Source: Pyrobaculum sp. (lineage in GTDB: Archaea; Thermoproteota; Thermoprotei; Thermoproteales; Thermoproteaceae). From it: a stretch of DNA of 11,585 nt. Location of the stretch: positions 1 to 11,585 of the forward strand of contig JBKBOT010000039.1 of the NCBI GenBank assembly GCA_046293555.1. Reading direction: 5' to 3'. The position numbers were made by a program, and so were the translations under genes. The notes below the pieces were generated by a model that searched no databases, was not told where the DNA came from, and saw nothing but the letters and a program-made list of their open reading frames with translations. Positions 1 to 6,442 of this stretch are shown here, one piece after another (the stretch's first letter is position 1; each line of letters starts with the position of its first letter).

Positions 1-2
1 AC

Positions 3-34
3 CATAGAGAAAGTTATGTGCAATATATAAGTTC
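3..34 (-). promoter_or_regulatory. Possible TATA box and start codon of a minus-strand gene leaving the window on the left
   Basis: The minus strand has CTTATATA (31-24) and ATG at 5-3, the same approximately 25-nt spacing seen at the other promoters here. Confidence 0.35.
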
Positions 35-535
35 TACAGCTCTCTGCCGCTTGGGCTCTCATTAAGGCGTTCTGTCGTCCTTAGAAGTTCAAAACGCTTT
101 AGTCTGAGGTCAACTGTGTTTTTAACCTCTAGACGTCGTTGGCGTAAAGATAATCGAGCGCCTTTTAAATTTATAGCGCCTTTTTCATGTAAGAAACAAA
201 ACCGCTAGACGTTATTTATGAGGTCTGGCTTTCACCTTTTTCCGTTGTGACAACGAGTTGTATCATACTCGGCGATTTCGACAAGGCGAGGGCGAACATA
301 ATCAATCAATAAAACGCCTGGCTTTCTCGCTAACAGTAAAAAACAGTGTTAGTCAGAGGCCATGGCATATAGTCGCTCTGTGACGTCTTTGTCGGCTAGG
401 TTCTTTTATTTAACACAAGTTGTCTGACAAGGCCGTCTTGTTAGTTTTATGTAGGGGCTTTTGTATTTTCAGCTGTTGTGAGTAAGTATATAGATTTATT
501 CCGAAGTATCAAGACTTTTATGAATACATCTCTTA

Positions 536-754
536 ATGCCCAAGACGTTAGATTTAAGGGGTAAGGCTTGTTGTGCTTTCCCAGTCCCAGTGGTAGAAAA
601 GGCGATTCGCCAAGTGGAGATTGGCGACGTCTTAGAGCTAGTGTTGCCGGACCCATAAGACGTAAGGGCGTGGGCAAAACGTAACGGTCATGAGATAGCC
701 TCTGTCGAGAGATCAGGGCCTGTTGTTAAATTTACAATTGTGAGAAAGAAGTAA
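536..754 (+). pseudogene. tusA: TusA/SirA-family sulfur carrier protein gene interrupted by an in-frame TAA (656-658)
   Basis: Manual translation from ATG 536 gives MPKTLDLRGKACCAFPVPVVEKAIRQVEIGDVLELVLPDP*DVRAWAKRNGHEIASVERSGPVVKFTIVRKK* (final TAA 752-754). This matches the TusA pattern LDxRGxxC..P...GdvLxv..dDP....DvxaWa...Gh.......f.irK over the whole length. It is absent from the ORF track because each half is short. Confidence 0.85.
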
Positions 755-762
755 GGCATCCT

Positions 763-1203
763 CTATCTCACCTCTACCCACAAGTGAAGGCGCCGGTATG
801 GCGCTGTCGTGTTGTTTTTGTAGAGATACAGCTCTAGCTTGGTCCTACCCGGCTCTGTCGGCCGGAATTCTAGCACATATGTCCACGTCTGGTTGTGCCC
901 CAGCGTGATGGTGGCCGTATATACCGTCTGGTTTGCCAACTTGGCCACCACAGTGTAGGTCTCCTGCCTACATTCGTGATTTCTAACCCCCACGATCACC
1001 CGCCCCACCTCCCCCATCTTTAGCTTTGTGGGGTAGCCGGCAGCCTTCCCGCCGGGGCCGAGGATGTAGAACTCGGTAAAGCTCTCGCACGGCGGATTTA
1101 ACGCGATATACACAGTGGCGGCCACTAAAGCCAAAAACAACGCCAGCGATAACACGGTAGTCACTCCCGACCTCCTCCCGCCCCTCTCGCCGCCAGAAGT
1201 CAC
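763..1203 (-). CDS. DUF1616-domain membrane-anchored protein, short form with one TM helix and a beta-rich C-terminal domain (about 146 aa)
   Basis: The motif ESFTEFYILGPGGKAAGYP...VIVGVRNHE...KLELYLY...PYRRLHLWVEV is typical of DUF1616. I moved the start from the track's 1260 to the in-frame GTG at 1203 because a TATA-like TATATAAA lies at 1230-1223 on the minus strand. Confidence 0.8.
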   Translation of the reverse strand: MTSGGERGGRRSGVTTVLSLALFLALVAATVYIALNPPCESFTEFYILGPGGKAAGYPTKLKMGEVGRVIVGVRNHECRQETYTVVAKLANQTVYTATITLGHNQTWTYVLEFRPTEPGRTKLELYLYKNNTTAPYRRLHLWVEVR

Positions 1204-1215
1204 GACGTCGTGACT
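1198..1215. repeat. 18-bp perfect palindrome AGTCACGACGTCGTGACT, candidate operator
   Basis: The sequence is identical to its reverse complement. It lies just downstream of the TATA-like box and covers the proposed GTG start. Confidence 0.7.
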
Positions 1216-1222
1216 CCCACAC

Positions 1223-1236
1223 TTTATATACTTTAA
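1223..1236 (-). promoter_or_regulatory. Putative TATA box for the DUF1616 gene (leaderless transcript)
   Basis: The minus strand reads TTAAAGTATATAAA. The TATATAAA part lies 27-20 nt upstream of GTG 1203. Confidence 0.5.
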
Positions 1237-1816
1237 GCCACTCGACGTCAATGTCGTCACGGCGGAGTGGCTAGAGGCAAGACAGTCGGCCCTTTTTACT
1301 TTCCATTACTAGCCCCTCGCAAAAGGCCACGTCGTGTGGCACCTTATCATATACCAAGTCCCACCCCTCTTTAACTCTCCTCTCTAGCCGCTCCCTCGAA
1401 GCGGCTTGTGTGGGGCCCCGCCGCGTCAAGGCGTTTATTGTATCGCGTTCCAAGTCCTCTCACACTCATGTGCATCGCTTAACGCCTTTTCTTCTATCCT
1501 CACTTAGAACCTGAAAAGACGTTTTATATGGAGGCACGTGTGATTGTTGGCATCTTGGTAATGTTCTACGTGTCGTGGGGTGAGGTGACGTATAAGAGCG
1601 TCGGTAGTTATGATAATTTCACTAAAGGCTGTGTCAGTAGTGGACGTGAGGGCCTGTTAGATTTGTCGCTTAGCGGGCCTACAGACAAAGGCTTTACGGA
1701 TTGGCAATGGAGGTTGTGTTGGTGTCGGGATTGAGGTTAGTTGCGTTTTATGTAATTTTGAGCTTTAATGAAAGAGGCTGAAGTATTACGGCGTGTTTCT
1801 GCCAATAGCGTTTACA

Positions 1817-2467
1817 TTAGCTGGCGGACTTTTTTGTGTGGCTATATTGTGTTATGTCTATTTCTTTAAGTAGCGTCTTTAGGGCGTGTGGATATTCGTG
1901 TCTCAACGTTATGATTACTGTCGACGTTTTTAGTAGTTTTTCTACTATCTGTGGGAATATGTTCTCCGCGGCGTAATAGTCAAGGCCGATGAGTGGGTCG
2001 TCTAACAGTGTGATGGGGGCTTTTATCAAGAGCGCTGGCGCCAGTTGTACTCTCCTCCTCTGTCCGTGTGATAAATTTTTCAGCCTCTCCCTTGGGGGGA
2101 TTTCTATAAAGTCTAAAACCGCCTCTACCTCTCTGGGGTCTGGCTTTTTGTACAACGAGGTGACCACCTTGACGTAATCCACGGCCTTGAGCTCAAGCGG
2201 TACTTCTATGCTTTCTGGCACAAAGAAGATATGCCGCCTTGCCTCCCTTATGTCTCTTCCCCCGTATTTAATCTCGCCTTTTAGCGGGGGCAATAGGGTG
2301 GCGAGTGTACGCAATAGCGTGGTCTTGCCGGCGCCGTTGGGGCCTACAAACGCCAAGCCCTCCCCCACCCTAGCCTCAAACGTGATGGGTCCAACCACAG
2401 CCTTATCCCCATAGCCACACACTAATTCTCTAACTGACAGAACTCCAGGCCCCAAGCCGGACTCCAT
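1817..2467 (-). CDS. ABC transporter ATP-binding protein (exporter type, non-canonical catalytic residues)
   Basis: Walker A GPNGAGKTT, signature-like LSHGQRRR, Walker B/D-loop ITLLDDPLIGLD. It starts 2 nt after the stop of the upstream membrane protein. Confidence 0.93.
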   Translation of the reverse strand: MESGLGPGVLSVRELVCGYGDKAVVGPITFEARVGEGLAFVGPNGAGKTTLLRTLATLLPPLKGEIKYGGRDIREARRHIFFVPESIEVPLELKAVDYVKVVTSLYKKPDPREVEAVLDFIEIPPRERLKNLSHGQRRRVQLAPALLIKAPITLLDDPLIGLDYYAAENIFPQIVEKLLKTSTVIITLRHEYPHALKTLLKEIDITQYSHTKKSAS

Positions 2468-2469
2468 AG

Positions 2470-3783
2470 TTACAATTCTTTTTTAATATTCAATACTGCC
2501 GTTTTTCTGTCTTCACTGCCGAGTTCCCACATCTTGATTTTTATATGGAGGTCGTATAGCGCAATTGACACGGCTATCAACATTGTTGTTAAAACTATGT
2601 CAAAAGTATAGAGGCCGGGTGGCGTTAGGTGAGAAAATAGGGGGGATATGGAGGGGTGGTCCATTAGCCTAAAAAAGAGGTAGCCTAAGCCTATGTTTAC
2701 GAGAAGATAGCTTAGAGCGATGGCGCCACTGCCGGTCTCTATTTTGACCAGGTGGATGTTACCTATGGCGGCGGCTAATGCGCCAAATGTCAATATGTAT
2801 TCAAGTTTTGTAACTACCCCCATGTGTTTTAGAAACAGTAGTAGAGAGGTGGTGATGGCTATAGATGTCGAGATGTGAAAAAGGGTTTTCATCACTTTCT
2901 CCCGTAGGGTTATGCCCCTAATCGCCCTTAAGTACCAAATATATGCGTCAACATATCTATTGGCTAGGTTGAGAAACAACGGGATAAAAAACACAAACGC
3001 CATGATAAACGACATGAGCAATATGGGGTGGGGCGAGCCGCCGTTAGTAGATATAATGCCAATTGCGAAAAGCGTCTGCGTAATGGCGTAACCCTCTATG
3101 TGGCGGCTTAACAACGCGATGGCTATAGTTATAAAGACTGTCATTAAGATGATGTAGGGGCTGACTGTCATGTGGCTAAATAGTATCGACACGCGTGGGA
3201 TTTCTTTCAGCAATATGGTCGTAGCTCTTACCGTCAATACGGCTAAAGCCAGGGCCGTGGCTGCCGTTATGAAAAACTGCGACATGGAGAACAACGCCAC
3301 CGCTATCGAGAGTACTGTAGAGACAACACTAACGCGCATAGTAGTGGCCGCCGCCGAGAGGCCAAGCAGCAAGAGGTATACAGACGCCACTAGAGAGAGC
3401 GGGGGAGGTAACACAGCCCAAACCGGGTAGAGAGTGATAAAAATTAGTGGAGACAAGGCGATTAGGTTAACTAAAGTAAAAAATATGCTAAATCTCGTCA
3501 ACTTGACAACTGGCTGTAGATATAGCTTAAAGACTTTCAATACGTCAAGTTCAGAGATAGCCACAAATGCAAATATGGCAAACAGGAGAAACCTATGGAA
3601 AACATAGGCCAATACAAAATCTAGCGGTTGGTTCCGACATACCCCCATAGAGATCTCTAATAATATTACAAATATCAATGGGACTACAATTAATAACTGT
3701 AATAAAAATAATTTTATATTTCCTATTATCGCCATTTTTATATATGTTGAAACAAATATATACCATCTATTAGAAAACGTCAT
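2470..3783 (-). CDS. Polytopic membrane protein, probable permease partner of the adjacent ABC ATPase
   Basis: 437-aa ORF with roughly a dozen hydrophobic segments, co-oriented with and abutting the ATPase gene. The 5' end is very AT-rich. Confidence 0.75.
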   Translation of the reverse strand: MTFSNRWYIFVSTYIKMAIIGNIKLFLLQLLIVVPLIFVILLEISMGVCRNQPLDFVLAYVFHRFLLFAIFAFVAISELDVLKVFKLYLQPVVKLTRFSIFFTLVNLIALSPLIFITLYPVWAVLPPPLSLVASVYLLLLGLSAAATTMRVSVVSTVLSIAVALFSMSQFFITAATALALAVLTVRATTILLKEIPRVSILFSHMTVSPYIILMTVFITIAIALLSRHIEGYAITQTLFAIGIISTNGGSPHPILLMSFIMAFVFFIPLFLNLANRYVDAYIWYLRAIRGITLREKVMKTLFHISTSIAITTSLLLFLKHMGVVTKLEYILTFGALAAAIGNIHLVKIETGSGAIALSYLLVNIGLGYLFFRLMDHPSISPLFSHLTPPGLYTFDIVLTTMLIAVSIALYDLHIKIKMWELGSEDRKTAVLNIKKEL

Positions 3784-4699
3784 GTTTTATACGCACTACT
3801 GACGAGACGGGAGTGGAGGTTACAAACAAAATGCAGTAAGTGCGAAATGACGTTCCTCTAGGCTGTGAGCTATGGGGTATGAGTATCATACTGATATCTG
3901 GGCCAGCTGTTGTAGTCGCCGTGGCTTACTATTACAACTTTTACCCGCCTACGGCTGTACACGACAAGATTTTGTCTAAAATATATTTTTTCATAGCCCG
4001 TAGGCCATGTGCTGGCTGCCAGGGGGTGTTAGTAAGCTTGGAGCTGACTGCGGCCATGTGGCCGTGTCTGTTGTGATATCTGTTAACATTTATCTCGACG
4101 GGCGGATAGCCGCTGTGATTTCTTACTTATGGGCTCTCTTACAGCTCGCCATGTCTACTATTATAGGGTCTCGACGCGTACAGCCTAGAGGCACACAGAA
4201 CGGCGTGACTGCTCTCAACGCCCAGAGACAGGGGCCGCGTTTTCGACAAGACGCAGTGAGGTGACGTGATAACAAGGCGTAGAGGCGCTGTAGACGTGTT
4301 AAAAGCCGCCTTAGCGATAACGACGGGAGTGGCTCACAGAGAGTAAAGAGGAAAGAACGTCACAGAAGGTGTAAGATCGAGCGTCTGCCGCCGTGAGGTC
4401 TCTGTCAGAGACGCCCCCGGGCCTGTCCCCCCCTGGGGCCATGTTGTGTATTACGCCATGATATAAAGAGCGCCAGGGGCTGACATAACGGGTTGTAGTC
4501 ATTACAAGGTCGATGAGAGGTTCCATAGCGGATCCTGCCAGGCGGATGTCGGCAAGATCGGGAGTTGCGACAAGGCCTTTTGTTAATGAGATGTGGATCG
4601 CCAATATCCGTAAGACAGGAGGCGTGTGATATGTCTTATTGTCACTTGTTTCTTTGTGGCTAGGCTTGCGTTAAGCGCTTTGTATCACACAAGTATCCC

Positions 4700-4845
4700 C
4701 ATTGGTATAAAACTTTATATAAAAATGTAATTTTGGATATAAATTAATATACTTATTTTTTTTTACATACATATTTTTAGAATTCCTTATTATTCTCAAT
4801 AACGCTGTTAATAAAACATATATTAGCCCTCAGTGAAGGGGGGCT
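4700..4845 (+). promoter_or_regulatory. AT-rich promoter region of the sqr-DUF1641 operon
   Basis: About 130 nt of very AT-rich DNA containing TTTATATAAA (4714-4723, palindromic, with an A-rich BRE-like stretch upstream), TTAATAAA (4808-4815) and a G-run (4838-4843) before ATG 4846. Which TATA box is used cannot be determined from sequence. Confidence 0.55.
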
Positions 4846-5991
4846 ATGCCGAAAAGAGTTGTTGTAATTGGCGGCGGCGTCGGGGGGACGTTTGTGGCAA
4901 ATAAGCTGGTTAACAAGACGTTTGATGTAGTGAGGCGGAAAGAGTTAGAGGTTGTGGTCATCGAGCCGGCAGATCGTTTAGTCTACCAGCCGGGGTTTTT
5001 GTACGTGCCATTCAAGGCGTTGACTCCAGACGTGATGTTTAGAAGTCCCAAGAGTGTGTACCACCCGTTGGTGAGACATATCCCCAAGAGTGCAGACAGG
5101 ATAGACATGAGGGAGAAGAAGGTGGTGTTAGAAGACGGCGAGGTTCTCACATATGACTACCTGGTTGTAGCCACCGGCCTGGAGGTTAAGGTAGATCACT
5201 TCCCGGGCTTTAAGAAGACGTGGTACACCCTCTGGACTTATGAGGGGGCTAAGGCCTTTAGGGACGCCCTTTGGAAATTCGGCGGGGGGACTTTTGTGTT
5301 CAGCGTGGCGTCTACGCCCTTTAAATGTCCAGTGGCGCCATATGAATTCCTCCTGATGTTTGACGACTGGCTTATGGCTAGAGGCCTCAAGGGGAAGGTG
5401 AAGACAATATACACCGTGGTGGCGCCCCACTTACACGCACAGCCAAATGTGAATAAGTTCATAGCCAAAGAGATGGAAATGCGCGGAATTGAGTACCACA
5501 CAAAGTTTGAGGTAAACGAGGTGGGAGAGGGCTATATCTCAGGCACCCGTCAGATAAAGGCAGACTTGATCCACATAGTTCCCAAACACTTGCCGCCAGC
5601 TGTGATCATGAAGTCAGAACTATACAGCACTAAGGGCGTCGGCGGCGTGCCTGTAGATAGACACACTCTCGAAATAGAGGGCGGCTCCGGCGTGGAGTAC
5701 GCAGTGGGAGATGTTACCAACCTGGCCGTACCTAAGGCGGGCTCAGTTGCTCACTTCCAGGCCGAGGTGGTGGCAACCAGAATTTATGAGGACTTGTCGT
5801 ATGGACATGCAGACACTCAATACAACGGCAGAGTGATGTGTTTTGTAATTACGGGCTTAGAGGAGGCGACACAGATATCGTGGAATTACGACACGCCGGC
5901 TCTCTACCCGCCGACGCCCAGCAGGTACTACATGATGGCTAAAGAACTAACTAATACGTCCATATGGGGCGCGATGAGGTGCGGGTTATGA
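4846..5991 (+). CDS. sqr: Sulfide:quinone oxidoreductase-family flavoprotein (type III-like; SQR/FCSD family)
   Basis: N-terminal FAD motif VVVIGGGVGG, YQPG, YDYLVVATG, KCPVAPYE (Cys161), YAVGD, PKAGSVAHFQAEVVA and YNGRVMCF (Cys332). The two catalytic cysteines are in the expected motifs. Confidence 0.85.
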   Translation: MPKRVVVIGGGVGGTFVANKLVNKTFDVVRRKELEVVVIEPADRLVYQPGFLYVPFKALTPDVMFRSPKSVYHPLVRHIPKSADRIDMREKKVVLEDGEVLTYDYLVVATGLEVKVDHFPGFKKTWYTLWTYEGAKAFRDALWKFGGGTFVFSVASTPFKCPVAPYEFLLMFDDWLMARGLKGKVKTIYTVVAPHLHAQPNVNKFIAKEMEMRGIEYHTKFEVNEVGEGYISGTRQIKADLIHIVPKHLPPAVIMKSELYSTKGVGGVPVDRHTLEIEGGSGVEYAVGDVTNLAVPKAGSVAHFQAEVVATRIYEDLSYGHADTQYNGRVMCFVITGLEEATQISWNYDTPALYPPTPSRYYMMAKELTNTSIWGAMRCGL

Positions 5992-6425
5992 CCGCCGAGG
6001 AGAAACTCCTAAAGGCGTTAGAGGACCCCCGCGTCCAGGAGGCGCTCCTAGAGATAACAGAGAGAATTGACGTAATTAGAGACCTGGTAGTTACGTTAAA
6101 AGAATATAAACTAAGTGGGGTGCTAGACGATTTGCTTAAAATCGCGGCCACAATACGTTTCCTCACAGAGGGTCTGCTCACCAGAGACCTAATAGAGAGA
6201 ATTAGCAAACTTCAAGAAGTAGCCTTCGTCGCGGGGACCAACTTGGCGCAAGACACCTCTAAAGTCGACTGCTTGACTCACGCCATGGCGGCTGCAGACG
6301 CCTCCAAGCCAGTAAGCCTCATGGGGCTTCTATCTGCGTTAAGAGACCCAGAAGTACAGAGGGGGTTGGGCTATCTAATCTCCCTGTTGAAAAACCTGGG
6401 CGCTTGCATGCGGGAAAAACAGTAA
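5988..6425 (+). CDS. DUF1641 (helical membrane plug-in) domain protein, 145 aa
   Basis: C-terminal signature PVSLMGLLSALRDPEVQRGLGYLISLLKNLG. I reassigned the start to ATG 5988, which overlaps the sqr stop (ATGA) and has GAGGTG at 5976-5981 as a Shine-Dalgarno site. Confidence 0.88.
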   Translation: MTAEEKLLKALEDPRVQEALLEITERIDVIRDLVVTLKEYKLSGVLDDLLKIAATIRFLTEGLLTRDLIERISKLQEVAFVAGTNLAQDTSKVDCLTHAMAAADASKPVSLMGLLSALRDPEVQRGLGYLISLLKNLGACMREKQ

Positions 6426-6428
6426 TAA

Positions 6429-6435
6429 TTTTTTT
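6429..6435 (+). terminator. Putative archaeal oligo-T terminator of the sqr-DUF1641 operon
   Basis: T7 run 3 nt after the DUF1641 stop, in the 17-nt gap between convergent genes. Confidence 0.5.
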
Positions 6436-6442
6436 CACTGTT

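Noticed and set aside
656-658. Stop-codon recoding (Sec/Pyl) in tusA
   Set aside because: The codon is TAA, not TGA or TAG, and the local alignment also suggests missing residues.
447-677. 76-aa minus-strand ORF from the track
   Set aside because: It is the antisense shadow of the tusA-like gene on the + strand and has no recognisable motifs.
2889-2895. C-box-like GTGATGA on the minus strand (C/D sRNA candidate)
   Set aside because: It lies inside the permease CDS (Val-Met-Lys codons), and no suitably placed D box was seen.
3855-4191. 12-bp inverted repeat CCTCTAGGCTGT / ACAGCCTAGAGG as possible MITE ends
   Set aside because: There is no target-site duplication and the match does not extend. 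A 12-bp match at this distance is plausible by chance.
4311-4604. 97-aa minus-strand ORF, and + ORFs 3840-4076 and 4007-4264
   Set aside because: They have non-ATG starts, no family motifs and atypical composition, so I treated them as chance ORFs in decayed DNA.
4801-4817. AAC-n3-GTT-n5-AAC upstream of sqr resembling a SurR site
   Set aside because: The half-site order is the reverse of the Thermococcales SurR motif (GTT-n3-AAC), and the sequence does not look thermococcal.
5964-5987. Track start of the DUF1641 ORF at 5964
   Set aside because: ATG 5988 has an SD and an ATGA overlap with sqr, which fits better than a 28-nt overlap.
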